NCBI GenBank assembly: GCA_973895155.1
Contig: OZ316894.1
Span: 13,511,580 to 13,575,579 of the forward strand
Reading direction: 5' to 3'
DNA from: Marsupella aquatica
Taxonomy: Eukaryota > Plantae > Marchantiophyta
DNA: 64,000 nt
Position 1 is the first letter of the stretch. The number at the start of each line of letters is the position of its first letter. The translations under genes were made by a program, and so were the position numbers. The notes beneath the pieces are model-generated. The model ran no database searches. It was not told the origin of the DNA and was given only the letters and a program-made list of their open reading frames with translations. Positions 24,306 to 37,800 of this stretch are shown piece by piece.

Positions 24306-26775
24306 CTAGACTCACGCTCTATCATCAGGTACCTGGAACCCACGACAGCAGACGTATTTAAAGCAAGGTTCCAAGACTGCCAATTCTTCGAAGAAGAATT
24401 CCCAACTCTCGCCGAAAACACTGCTAGAAGCGGACATGTCAAAGCACATGAACTACAATGGCTGCCCACGAACCCAATCACTGATGACCACCAGACCAGA
24501 GAAGCAGACCAAGGAGTACAGAGGGTCCTCCATTTATAGAAAATGCTCACGAACCTACCTGACTCATTCAACGATGCAGCTGCAGTCACACGGTCACACA
24601 CGGAGGCAGCAAATATACCCGCAAGAATCTCACGGACAGCCCCACCGGCAACGGCAACCGCACCAAAGGCAAAATGGGGACGACCCCCGAGCTCTAAGGA
24701 TACATACCCGCGACCACCACGCAACGCATCACCAGCAACAACGGCCACCCCTGCACGAAGATCACCCCCTCCAAGGGATACAGCAAACAAGGAAATAACA
24801 ATCAGCTACACACACCGGACAGATGCTACAGCAAAATAAAACACAAATCAACGACCACTTCGCATTCCATATCTCTGAGGAGATAACCAACGAAACCCCT
24901 GACCCCATTACGGTAGCAGAGGCTCAATCTCGACCAGACTGGCATCAATGGGAGCTGGCCATAAACTCTGAATTAGACTCCCTGATAAAATGAAACGTCT
25001 TCGGACCCGTAATCCCTGCACCTGCAGGGACACACCTTACGGGATACAAGTTCACTTTCTTGAGGAAACGAAATGCAAAAGGAGAGGTCATCAGATACAA
25101 AGCTCGCTTGGTAGCGAAGGGCTACACCCAAATCCCCAGCCGGGACTTCAATCAAACATACTCACCGGTGATGGATTCCATAACATACCGGTACCTCATT
25201 GCATTTACACTCATGCACAAGCTCGTCATGTACACGCTAGACGTGATCACAGCCTATCTGTATGGTATCCTAGATACCACAATATACATGAAGGCACCCC
25301 CGGAACTGATCAAAAGAATAAGGTTCCACATTGAGGGGGAGAAGAACGGTACCACAGACCGCGTTCTACAACCGGGCATAACCCAAACCGGCCCTATAGG
25401 CAATTTGGACAAAACGACGAGCGGACCTGCAGTACCGACACCAAAGGATGTGCTTCACACATCTGACCGCAGGAAACGAAGGCTCCTCCTACCGAACACC
25501 GCTGCTACACAGCCAAAACGAGTCAAGAAAGAACTTGCAGTCCAAGTCCTATGCTCAATGTACGGATTAAAACAGAGCAGACGCACCTGGTACAAACGAT
25601 TCAAAGCTGAAATGCTCACACTGAACTTCAATACTGACGACATTGCCCCTTGCTTGTTCCTCAAACAGGAGGCAGATGAATTCGTTATCATCGCAATTTA
25701 TGTAGATGACATAAACATCTTCGGCACAGTAACGATAATGCACAAGACAATCAAAATCCTGAAGAAGACATTCGAGATGAGGGATATCGGGAAGCCGAGC
25801 TACTGCCTGGGGTTACAATTCAACTACTTGCAACAGGGCATCCTGATCAACCAATCAACTTATACCGAAAAGGCGCTACGGAAATTCAACATGGCATCCG
25901 CCCACCTGGTCAGCACCCCCATGGACCTGAGATCCTCAGACCCCACAAGGGACACATTTAAAAAACGGGCAGAGACAGAGGAGGTTCTTGGCCCCGAGAA
26001 GCCATACCTCTCAGCCATCGGGGCCCTGATGTACCTGGCGACACAGTCACGCCCCGACATCGCTTTCGCCGTCAATCTACTCGCTCGCCATAGCTCCAAC
26101 CCCACAATCCGACATTGGAACGGAGTAAAAAGGGTATTTCGATACCTGCGCGGCACAACGGACATGGGGCTATTCTTCCCCAAGAACTCAGAAAACATGC
26201 TGACCGGCTATGCAGACGCGGGCTACCTCTCAGACCCAGACGATGCAAAATCCCAAACGGGATACGTCTTCCTACAAGGTGGCACGACGATCTCTTGGAA
26301 AAGCAGCAAACAATCACTCACAGCGACCTCCTCAAATCACGCCGAGATAATAGCACTATACGAGGCCACCAGGGAAAGCATCCGGCTGAGAAACCTGATA
26401 AACCACATATACCTGCATATAGGAAGATCGCAGCTAAAGAAACCAACAACTATATACGAAGACAACCGACCCTGCGTGGAGCAGATAGTCCAAGGATTCA
26501 TTAAAGGGGATAGAATCAAACACATAGCACCCAAATTCTTTTTCACTCATGAACAGCATGGCGAACAGGTCCAAGTACAATGGATTCCAAGTAAGGACAA
26601 CCGCGCGGACTTATTCACCAAACCACTCCCACCAGCGCTACACCGCGAACACGCCCACGGGATAGGACTGCGCAGTATGGCATCACTTTTACAAGGACAA
26701 GAACTTACCATCGAGGAACTTACCCAAACTGCATACCTATTATTGCCGATCAAACCGATACAACGGGAGCTCTAA
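24306..26775 (+). pseudogene. pol: Copia integrase C-terminus, RT and RNase H
   Basis: YKARLVAKGYTQ, MYGLKQS, IYVDD, GYADAGY, YEDN, ADLFTKPL. Confidence 0.95.
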
Positions 26776-27271
26776 CACCACAGGCTAACCCCAATCCGCC
26801 ACCCCGAACCATCGAGAATCACGCAGAACCGATGAGACTTGACCAATCTCAACACACAAACGACGACCTCCCGACATGGCCACACCGACTACCGAACAAA
26901 CGAAGATTCAAACGACGTCAGCAGCCCACCAAAGCAATAGACTGACGACTAGGAGGCGTCCACCCCGTGGCCCGCAGGATTAGGGTAGAAGCGCAAACAG
27001 CTCCTTAAACATAAAGACAGACCACGAGTCTTTAGACACACTAACGAACACATACATAGAGATTACACCCTTTAATTTCCCTTTTGCACACTCAAAGGAC
27101 TTACAGTCAATAACTGGACCCCAACCTATATTATAGTAGTGGCACTCTTTCCATGATGGAAGCATGGTTTTAATGAGACCATACTACATTGGGCCAGACT
27201 ATAGACCATAGGGTTAGCTTTCCCCATCACATGGTTGGCTGTAACACACTCATCACCCAACCAAGGGGGAG

Positions 27272-27440
27272 TGTTATAAGTCATAAACCTAACCCCAGTA
27301 AACTAGACTTACCCTAGTGAATAGGGATAAGAGGTGGTTACATAACCACCACACCTTGTACTACATAGGGAGCCCCCATACTCCCAAATGAAACAGAAGG
27401 TAGTGAGTTTGTTGGCGCACAATATCTATGTCTCTGAATA
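27272..27440 (+). repeat. 3' LTR of Copia
   Basis: After PPT; followed by TSD GAAAT. Confidence 0.95.
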
Positions 27441-27529
27441 GAAATTCTATATATTTCTAGTTTTTTGTAATTTACTCACTACTTACGTAGCCCTCCTCTC
27501 AAACAGCGTCGTGCCCTTACAAGCCATTA

Positions 27530-28539
27530 GAGTGGGGTAGATAATATTTCTTCACTCTGAATCCGTTGATTCTGGTATCAAGAGGTTCTCCATTTAAAGT
27601 TTGAAGTGTGTCCAAATAAGCATTATCTATCTCATTCATTCTTAATTTGCAGCAATCCAATGAGTGAGAAGCTCTCCCTGAAATAACATATACTTGGAGT
27701 CTTACACCAAAAGTGAATTGCCTTTTGAGATATTCATTGGTTTCAATTGTCTATCAAGCTTGATATTTGACCAGATAATGTGTCAATGAGCTTGTGTAAT
27801 TGCATAACTTTTGGTGTAATGAAAATATTTGGCGTTTGTTTATTTTTCTTGATGTTTGCTTTTTCAGATTCAGAGCTGGAGCTGGTTTCATCGTTTAAAG
27901 TACTAGACGTTGTCCTTTTAGTGTTCTCTTCACTGCTGTTGTCACTCCCCTCGTCTGATGTGGTTTCTAATTCAGAATTAAGTTTCTTTTTTCTTTTTCT
28001 ACTTAATATATTTCTTGAGCTCCTTTTTCACTCTCTTCTTTCCAGACACTCCTGAATCGATATATTTCCGTGCTGCAGCTAAAGCTTCTCCATATGTGGT
28101 TCCACCTTCTCTTCTGACTCACATATCTTGCAATTCTAGATGGCAGTCCATTTATGAACCAATCTCGGACTGTGGATTTTGAAGTAGTTGGGTTGTATTT
28201 GTCAACTAACTCTTCTACCTTATCTGCATATTTTTGAACAGATCCATACTTGTTCATTTTTAAATAAGAAAGTTTTGTGAAGGCTCTTGCTGCTGCCCCA
28301 TCTTCTTTGTATTTCTCTAAAAAAAGCAGCTTTTGTCTTTGTCCAGTCATTTTTATCTAAAAATTGATGATGCCACTTTTGTGCTCCTTTCTTCATAAGT
28401 CCTCCAAAAATTCTTGCCTTCTCAGCGCTTGGCTATGTCCATTTGAAATTGCAGTAGCTTCAAACTCCTTCAAGTAGGTCTATGCATCCTCTTTAGATGT
28501 CCCCATGAACTTATCATAGCGGATATTGTTCCAAGCCAT
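27530..28539 (-). pseudogene. Decayed, internally deleted Gypsy (gag next to integrase C-terminus)
   Basis: MAWNNIRYDKFMGTSKEDA..LKEFEATAISNG and VRDWFINGLP (gag); TLNGEPLDTRINGFRVKKYY (integrase tail) at ~27541-27600. Confidence 0.7.
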
Positions 28540-29676
28540 CTTAGTGGGTAACGAATCTCAGTGAGTAAATTACATGTGGAACAATGTTTCTATATTCCAT
28601 ACCCCCAAACCCAGAGGAATGGTCACTTATCATCACATATGTGCCGCGGTCTCGTTCAATCGTTGGGGAAAAGTCTGATATTCTGGTTGTGTCCCAACCT
28701 GAAGATGATGAGGACCAAGTTTGAGGGGTCTGTGTTTGTGGATATACAGTTACACGGATATATAGTTAGATTTGATCATATGAAGATTTCTCTTCTCGAT
28801 ATAATGGAGAAATATGTGCTTCTCAATTATCAATAAACTTATGTTTTGTAAGTATATCATTTTCAAATGTTGTTTTTCTATATCTCCCCATCCCTACCCC
28901 ACACTCACCACACCTTTTGGTAGACTTTATGCAAAGAAAACTCATGTTGCTTGTAGTCCTCCATCCTCCGTGCTTTCCTAATCCCCCTAGCCTTTCTCCT
29001 TATTACTTGTACCCGCCTCCCTCCTCCTTTCTTTCCTTGTTTGTCCCTCTTATTAAACCCTCCTTCCTCTCCTTGTCCCAACCCCTTTCTATTTCAACCC
29101 TATACTTTCCTTACTTTCCAGCCCTGTCCCCCACTCTTACCTATAGAACCTAGCTTCTCTGCTCCCTCCTAAACCTATATACCCTTAAACCTCCCTCATT
29201 CCCTTGTCCCTCTCTAAACCAATACCCTCCCTCCTTTCCTTTTTTTGGTTTTTTTGTTTGGGAATTTTGCATTTATTCCACGTAAACCCCACGGATGGGG
29301 GGACCAGTAGGCCAAACGGCATCATAAAACCCCAATGCCCAAGGAGGCAAAAACAAGAAAGAGTCTCTCATCAAGGGTCACCAGATCTCTCAAGGATGGG
29401 GAAGCCATTCTTTGAGTGGTCCATGCAACAAGTAACCTCTAGCCCTCCCTCCTTTCCTTGTCCCTCTCTAAATCAATATCCTCCCTAAAACGGGGTATTT
29501 ACAAACGATAGGAACCAGGAAACAGTAACAGCAAACAGTTACTGTTACCAGGAGAAATGAAAAAAAACATGTGATTGAGCTCCATTATTTGGTCAAAAAG
29601 TTTTTAAAAACACCATCAATAAACCCCATTTTCAGTTGTTTTCAATAACACCATCCAATTGTGAAGGAAAGTAAGG

Positions 29677-29972
29677 GCCATTAGAAAAAAGGCGTTGCCA
29701 AAATTTCTGAAGATTACCAGCGCCCAGCGCTAGTATGCTGGCAGGGAAGGGCAAATTTTAGGTATTCCTAAAATAATGAAAAAGATGGAGATTCTACGTA
29801 CCATCAATCGAGAAGAGAACAAGAAACTTAATGGCCATTACAACAAAGGCGTTGCCAAAATTTGCAAAGATTAGCAGCGCCTAGTGCTAGTATGCCGGAA
29901 GGGAAGGGGGAATTTCAGGGCAAAAGATAGAGATTGTACGTGACATCAATCGAGAAGTGAACAGGAAACTCA
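29677..29972. repeat. ~156-bp tandem duplication
   Basis: GGCCATTA..AAAGGCGTTGCCAAAATTT..CATCAATCGAGAAG..GAAACT occurs twice. Confidence 0.85.
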
Positions 29973-30755
29973 ATTTCAAGCATTTCCAACCAAGAGTGGC
30001 CACGATAGACGTTGAATATTTGCAGCGATGGGCGCTACCTTAAATGTCGGACTCCTAGAAATCAATAGTTGCAACATACAATTCAACATCTGCACCTAAA
30101 CACGGAACACAATGAACATAAGCAGCGCTCGGCGCTAGCTCAAATCTTGGAATCAACGAATGACCATGAAAGAACAAGAGAGCCGATCCAAAACTGCAAT
30201 CTTTACTTCCAAAATGGGTCAAAACATATAACCGGTATTACACCAACCGCAGATCATCCCCAAATCAACCCACGACATAACATGAACATAAGCAGCACTT
30301 GGCGCTAGCTTAAATCTAGCTCTCTAAAAAGGAAATCATCACCAACACACTAAAACTGGACCTTCTATCACTGAAAGCACCTCCGGCCCAAGCACCAGAA
30401 TCCCTGTGATTTCCAGTCGTCGTCGAAGCCCGCCGAAGCCCGCCCTGGCCGGTCTATGCTTTTTCTTGACCTGAGCCACACATAACTGGGACGCTGATCC
30501 AAAATGGGCCTAAAGATGTAGTCGGAAATACACGAACTCCAAATCAACCATAGAAGAAATCCCACGGTCCAAGACGGACAAAAGCAGCGCTCGGCGCTAG
30601 CTTAAATGGCGATTAAGGAATAACAAATCGTATGCAAGCCTATGGCCACTGAAGCTTGTGTCACTCAAACCACCTCCGTCCAGAACAACTTTAGCTCTGC
30701 AATTGGCAGTCATCGTCGATGCCCGCCCTAGCCCGTCTATGGTTTTGCTTGAACC

Positions 30756-31161
30756 CTAGACCCCTGAGCCGCACATAAGACGACAAGGGGCGCCAAACTC
30801 TGCATACTGATTCCCGGGGTCTGGAACATTTGTATCAAGGAAGTCAACACGTCCCATTCGCTCTTGCACTCGTCGCTCAATAGGCTGAATACCATCAGCA
30901 GGGTATGACTTCATGAAACAAAAACCGATCAGCAACTGCGCGCAAAGTGTCTCGGTCGTCAGTCCAAGGTATGTTTCTCTCCCCAAGACTAATCGCCTCA
31001 TCATAAGGAAGCGCAAAACGATTCCGGAAAGTCGAGGTCTCGGTGGAAGTGTCACCGTGAACGGACTCGAAGGAGCTAAAGTGACTCTCCTCCGATCGAA
31101 CTCTGGAAGGAGCACAGAAGGCAAGCATTTCCTCCAAAGACATGAGTTCCTTCTTCTCCAT
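30756..31161 (-). other. Possible small frameshifted gene of unknown function
   Basis: Overlapping ORFs 30895-31161 and 30756-31124; acceptor-like TTTGTTTAACAG just upstream of the ATG; no known motif. Confidence 0.3.
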
Positions 31162-31934
31162 CTAGTGGGAACTGTTAAACAAAATCAAGGCTAATGACAA
31201 GACCGGTGTTGTTGAAATGACCCAACTTTGAGAGAGGTTGTGCCTGAAATGACTCGCAAGAGTGACCTAATGGAGAGTTTAGGGTCGGAGATCAGCAAAA
31301 ACGTAACACAACAAGGTTCAACGGAAAAAGGACCATTGAGAAAGACCTACCACAACCTCGGGGGTCTCACTATATGGGGACCTCCCCATCGCCTGCAACG
31401 TTTTTAGGCCTCGGACCCCCTAAAATGTAAGAAAAAAAATATTTTTTAACCCCTATAAAGTTGGAATATTCTTGGAATATTCTAAAAATTGGATTAAAAA
31501 GACCCTAATGTTCTTATAAGTCTCAAAATTGAATTTAAAAGATCCTATTGTTCTTCTACAAAAATTCTTAAGTCTTCCCTTAGAACCAATAAAATGACCC
31601 TATCCTTCGTCGCACGTGATATGCCATTTTTGTGGAAGTGAAACCCCCGAGACCACAACATGTGAGAAAGAGACGATTGTTTTTGGTAACGACAAAATAT
31701 GCGGGGCCATGGAACGGACAAAAGATTCAAAATTCATAATTAGAAAAGTAGACATTTGGGGAGCGCCCGACGCTAGTAAGGGAAATGAGGAATTTAATAC
31801 ATTTTATTATCAATGTAATGTAAACCAATCATAACTGGGATAATAAATACATGTATTTTGATAATAGCGCCCGACACTGGTAAAATCTTAGCCTCAAAAA
31901 TGCTTCATGAATCGGATGATTCCGATTTGGAGCT

Positions 31935-33055
31935 CTATGACCTCTCGGTCAAGACCGCCTCGTCATCTACATACTTGCTCCTACAAATGTTGTCTACATA
32001 AGGATTTTGGACAAATTTTCTATCAACTCCTCTCCGTAGCCGAAGACCTTTGTTTTCCCAAAAAAGAGTCCTCTGATTATCTTCCATTCTTGCAGCGTTC
32101 TCAGCATAAGAGGGTAAAACGAAAGGTTTCTCCAGAGTGACAATTTCAAAATGAGCTACTTTTCTTTTGAGTTTGAAGCGCCTTCTCGTATTCCATTCGG
32201 ACCTGGGTGAGAACAGAAGTTCATCAACCGATTGTATGAATGGATAGCACAAAAGCATTAAGGAACTGGAAAGGAGAAAGAAGCTTACGAGTTTAAGAAC
32301 ATTACTCGGAAGAGTCATCGCTGTCACTTTGGCCAGCGGATTGTTCTTGACCCTTCCCCTCAGGTGTGCCATCCTCATCTTTGTCTGCTGTTGCACCACT
32401 TGACTCATCGTCAGAGTCAAAATTCAGTACAAAACGGAGCTTGTCTCTCCTTTTCTTTTCGAGTGGTTGAATTGGGGGAGGCAAGGTTTCGACTTCCTTT
32501 GGAGAAAGTAGATCTAAAAACACCTTGGAACCAGTTTCAACAAAATCTTTCCTATTCTCCACTCCAATTACAAACCTCCCAGAATAGTCTCTAGCTACAA
32601 AAGAGCTACTCGACCCCACTATCCAATCCATGAAAATATCCCTAGGCCAAGTAATGAGCTCAATCACAGATTGCATGAATCCAACCGACAAACGGGCATT
32701 CCCAGCAAATTCCATCTCAGGTGTTGGATCGACTTTGAGAGAGGGAAGTCCAATTAAATTTGTTATGGAGGGATCTTCCATGACAGACAGAGGTCTAAAC
32801 CTCGAGTCTTTTGGCACCTTCCCTTTTTCAGACACTCAACAAAAGACGTCCAGCCTGAGCATGAAGATCTGAAATATAACCCAAGAATGGTATGTCAATG
32901 GATGCATTCATAAACATTCTTTGAACTGCAAACCAGATGTCACGATGAGAAAAATTTACCTGTTGGTCAGTCTTTGGCGCGTACATTGGAACTGTGGGGT
33001 AATTGTAACGTGCGAGCAAACAGTAGAATTTTTGCTCGCACGGGCAAGATGTCAC
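31935..33055 (-). pseudogene. Degenerate N4C/N6A DNA-methyltransferase-like gene (SAM-binding half)
   Basis: VIELITWPRDIFMDWIVGSSSSFVARDYSGRFVIGVENRKDFVE aligns by eye to the N6_N4_Mtase tail LIE..T.PGD.VLDPF.GSGS..VAA...GR.FIG.E. GT-AG intron 32869-32959 joins ORFs 32828-33055 and 32302-32835 in frame, with one TGA. Confidence 0.65.
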
Positions 33056-33751
33056 CTTGTATTGGGGCCCAAAAACGGTCTGGAATATTCCTCGCTAGCA
33101 TGGAGACCCTGTTCGATCAATAAATATAGACGGCTACCCATGGACGGTTCTAGTCCCGTGAACGCAATAGATCAAAATGACATATCTTCAGGCCAGCGAA
33201 ATCGCTAGTCTAATGATGCCAACACATTGAGCCACTCATACGAGGTACGGTCTCCACGTACAGGCTTCCACATGTGAAAATTCCCACCCGAGGAAGAGTA
33301 ATAACAACAAAGTACTGCGCGATTCCCGCGTGAAAAGAATCAACGTGTCATTACTGCCGAGGAAAGGAGGATTAAGGCCGTTTGGACACTAATTAAGTCA
33401 CTTTCAAGTGAATGGGACACTTACTGTTCGAACCAGACTCGAATCCAAGGCGTCGAACCATCCACTTAAACAAATCCGCTAGCCCAAAAACCACCAGTCT
33501 TCCAAATCATTCTCCCGATCACTTCCACCGCGTCCGACTTGATCTCTTTCATTCGGAACTGCTATCAGTGTTCCAAGTTCTCAACACTCTCCAGATCTAG
33601 TTCAGGTAAGCGCGGGTCTATGCTCTGAGCTGTTTTAAGGGAAGAACTCTCCGACAAGGCATGATATTCATCGTATTTCATCGTGAATACTGTTTCCATT
33701 TGTTGAATCCTGTTATATTTAATCACTGTTTGGTTTCGTAAGTGCAGAGAA

Positions 33752-34180
33752 ATGTCTGGTGTTCCAAGCAATCCTCCTCAGGGGAAATGGTGACTTGAGA
33801 TCCATCGTTACAACCCGGCGACAGATGGCCCGCTTGAAGATGACTCTCCTCCGAAGCAGAAACCCGATGCAAAGACTATGAAGGTCTCCGCCGACAGCAG
33901 TGTCCCAACCGAACTCGGTCAATCTGTTGGATCGTCATCATCATTGAGGAGAACACCTACTCCTCCAAAGTTAATTCCAGCAGCAAAGTCTCCACCAAAG
34001 CCAAAGGTGGATACCACACAGCGCGAGGTTGTATCGAAGAGGAAGAGGCTCGCAGAAGAGGAGCAGTATTGGATTGAGAGGGAGATCTATGACTACTGGA
34101 CTGAGGAACGCCTCGCCTCTTCAGATTACGATTCTGAGTCAGACACTGACTCCGATGCATGGAAGGCGTCCAGCCCCTGA
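33752..34180 (+). pseudogene. Small Ser/Pro-rich, acidic-tailed protein with NLS-like KRKR; one in-frame stop
   Basis: ATG 33752 is in frame with ORF 33878-34180; candidate 5' UTR intron 33606-33747 (GTAAG..TGCAG). Confidence 0.4.
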
Positions 34181-34800
34181 GGGTAGAGTCAGGTTGTGGA
34201 TTTACTGAAATTTTTGTAGTTACAAGCGAACCACATGTCCTGATGTACTTTCAATATGTATGAGAAGTAAAGTTTGGGCGGTCCTTTCATTTCTATGTGT
34301 TTCTCTGGAATGCCATTTTGTACATAGTACTTTTATTTTGAAGTCACTGTTGGACCCTTCCCAGACTAGCGATATCGCTAGTATAGAACTGTGTTCATCT
34401 TCGATAATCAATTCGATCGAGTATTACCACAACAACTTCAGGGAAAACTCCCCCTAAACCCTAAACATCCTGTCACATCCTGTCCTAAATTCCGTTGATC
34501 AGACTAGCGATCTCGCTAGCCAAAAACTGGCGTCGTTTTAATGATCAAACCATGAACTCTATAGAAACTTGTCGATAGGTTAACACGTCTGAAAGTAGGA
34601 TGTTTCTGTCAGGATGCAGCAGACTTCCTAAGACTAGAGAGATCGCTAACCTTAAACAGCAAATGCAAACACCATAAAAGTTACCATTATGGACCTCGCT
34701 AACATTATGATTCACTCGGTGAAAACAGATTGATATTTGTGAAACCACAAACTCGAGTAATCCATCCCACCACCCTATAATTAGCATCTCCAATAAACGA

Positions 34801-37800
34801 CTAGTCCCCTATCTGTAACGGAATTAAACTCCTCACTTCCCCAACAGTCAGAATTGGCTGTTTGACAAGGTCATCCTTCTCTAGGTTGAGTGAAAACTTG
34901 TTTAAATACACCCACAGCAGATGTTTACAAGACATGTATGGTTTCCCTCGTGTATGCCTCTTATAAAAGTCTTCACAAGAACACGAAGGGAAACAACAGA
35001 TTTGCACCCAATATGTGTGCGGAACTTGTGAATCAGTCTCGTGAGTGGTGATCAAGTATCTCCAACCCCATCCATTTCCGGTAGTTACCTTCTCATTTCC
35101 GACAACTCTCATGTATTCTTGTGTAGCGGAAATGATGCGCTTGAGCAACTCTGGAGTATTGCTGAAACGCTGTCTTGCACCCTTACCATTTTGGGTTTTC
35201 AACTGACGGTCCACATTAGTTAGATCAATTCGTTCGGGGAATGAGTTAACATCAATTCGTAGGTTGACCCGATTGGGGGACGGGAACTCTCCAACTTGAT
35301 TTGCATCCACATAGGAGAGTCCACTGATCTGGAATCCTAATCCCAGCAGAAACTCTATCTCGGGATGGGAGAGGCAAGTCCCACGCTGAACCTTGAGCGA
35401 CTCGGGTGGGGGGGGTAGTTGAGCTAGAGTTTTGCATCCTCGGCTCTTGTGACACTTATTATTAGGACATAAGTACAACAACTGGCGATGTGGAGACGAT
35501 AATCGCAACCCATGAATGGCGACTCCAACAATTCCCCCTTGCGCGGACTTACATCCAGTCTCCTTGATGAGATTTCTACATTCATCTCTTCCAAAAACGC
35601 TTTAGTCAACCGACCCGTTGCAAACAGGTCCAGCACCTCTACCGCTCCGCCTGAGATGCCAGGTCCCATAAGGAACATCAACCTCTCGGATGGAAGGGAT
35701 CCTTTGGAGGGCATCCCGATGGTCATCCCCGACATCACACGGAGGTTGAGTCCCCATCTTCACGGTATCATTGACATTACGACTTGCATCATCACCATCA
35801 TCATCTAAAATATGGATAACTCCAGCAGAACAACCTCCGACAGGTGTTGCCGAAGTTGTATTATTTGCTACTTCTGGGTCCGCAGAAGTCTCCGAAACAT
35901 TGACGAAGCGAAATTCAGGATAGAGATTACGCCTTTTTAGTCCTGAAGGAGAAGCTGTTGTGCGTGACACCTTGTCATGTCTGTGGGAGTCATTCTCGTG
36001 GATTACAGCTGAAGCTTTCCCTTTCCTCTTCGTGGATGTTGTTCGGAGATCGCCATGTAATGGAACTGTTCTATAGAATTCATACTTAGCTGAAGACTCA
36101 AGCAAAAGATTTGCTGCCTTTTCGTAAGCATCCATGGATCCCATAGCATCGGCGTTCCTATATGCTAATTCAAAAATGGTCGGCCCCTAGCCTCTGTGAA
36201 CACCTTCACTGTAGGCAGTAAAAGCAGCAATTTGCCCCGCAGCACGATTCTGGTCCACCTCACATGCTTCAATCAATCCCACTAGTTTCTTCATTTGGCA
36301 GGATCTCATGGATGCATGGACTGATTCCGCTCCAGTACAATTTGGCATCAAGGCTGACTCCATTGCGGTTTGCGTCTGCAAAAAAGTAGTCCACAGTCAG
36401 ACCTGATATGCTAGCGAGGTCGCTAGCAAAAACAATGATGTCAAAGAGAAATGAAATTGGACACTTACAACGTGGATGAAGTTCCCCCACTGCCTCCACC
36501 TCACGACCCACCAAGATAACCATCCTTGGAGAGACTTCAATTTCCCAGCATAGCAGTTTCCTTCCTTCCACCAACGATGGATTTCGTCAGCAACACGGTA
36601 GGCCTGAACATATGTTGGTGCTGTTCTCAGCCTTTCCCACAGTTTATAGTGCTCTCGATGGCGATCTTCCCAAATACCCTCCAATGTGTGACGACGAAGA
36701 GATTGAGCAAAGTGAAAGGCGTCACTGTGCTCCTTCTGTGGGTGACGGACACCTCCAAAAAAAACATTTCGAATGGCGATCCATCCAGCCTCGGCATTAT
36801 CGGCAATAAATCCTCCAATGAGTGGGTCATGCACATCATGATCAGAGGCAACTTCAATCATATATCTCCATGCGGTTTCAAGAGATAAGGAGTCCTCCGC
36901 ACGGAGCTCACAAGTGAAGATGGTACAAAGGGACCTGTAATTATGGTCGTACACATGGGCGCTGAAAGTCAGCCACCCAGTGCTTATTCTCCGCATTACA
37001 TCAGAACTGACCCATGCTCCTTCCAGCTCACCTCCACTCTTCATCTGCCTGAGAATATCGACACCAGAACCTGGGCCATTTGTACTCATTTTGAAGACAT
37101 GAGCCCTATCGGTCTTGCTCCCCTGCCCAGGGAAAAGGTACCTCTGAATGTAAGGAAAATTATTCCGTGCTTGCATCTCACGAAGAGAATCCAACTCACC
37201 TTTTTTTGGGTTATCCATTTTCACGCTCCGGAATATGTCCTGGAATTTCTCAACAGTGGACACAACCTTCATCGATTCCCAAATCTCTCTCTCTTCTTCT
37301 TTTGATAGTTCTGAAGAAGACTCTGGATGCAAAAGAGAAACCAGGTTTCCTATAGACTTGTTAAGAACACGCCCTGGCGTACACACGGGATTCGCTTTAT
37401 GAACACCAGAAACTATCTCCTCCGCCTGCTTTTTTGCCAATCGAGATTTCCCCTTCCAAACAACGTGGTCATGGAAACCCATGTGAACAGCCAATCGAGA
37501 CATATGTTTCGCAACATTTGACTCAAGAGACGGCTTAGGATAGACGTACAAAAGCTTAGCCAGACATTCACGGATGCAGAGAGGCCTCTCCTCACAGAAT
37601 CCGCACACCAACCCTCCTTCCTCCACAAGCTCACCAAGATGAAACGGCTCAGTAAATTGTCCCTTTCCTCGGAAAGAAGAGTCATTTTTTGAACCGGTGT
37701 GCTTCAACTTTCTACAGACCAGATTTTGGCATTCAAGTACACTGGCACATCTGACTTTTGACACAGACCAATGATTGCGTGGTTTGAGATTAGCTGAAGT

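Larger units (their letters stand above)
14769..27440 (+). mobile_element. Full-length Bianca-like Ty1/Copia element interrupted by nested solo LTRs
   Basis: 169-bp LTRs 14769-14937 and 27272-27440 (2 differences seen), both TG..TA; TSD GAAAT; PBS CGTTATCAGCACGA 14938-14951; PPT AAGGGGGAG before 27272. Confidence 0.95.

Noticed and set aside
32884-32904. SIDIPF as the MTase catalytic DPPY-like motif
   Set aside because: Falls inside the 32869-32959 intron whose removal restores the frame.
36397-36468. Hydrophobic C-terminal tail of the 705-aa ORF (and of ORF 39096-39989) as a membrane anchor
   Set aside because: Read-through into T-rich introns; splicing continues both proteins.
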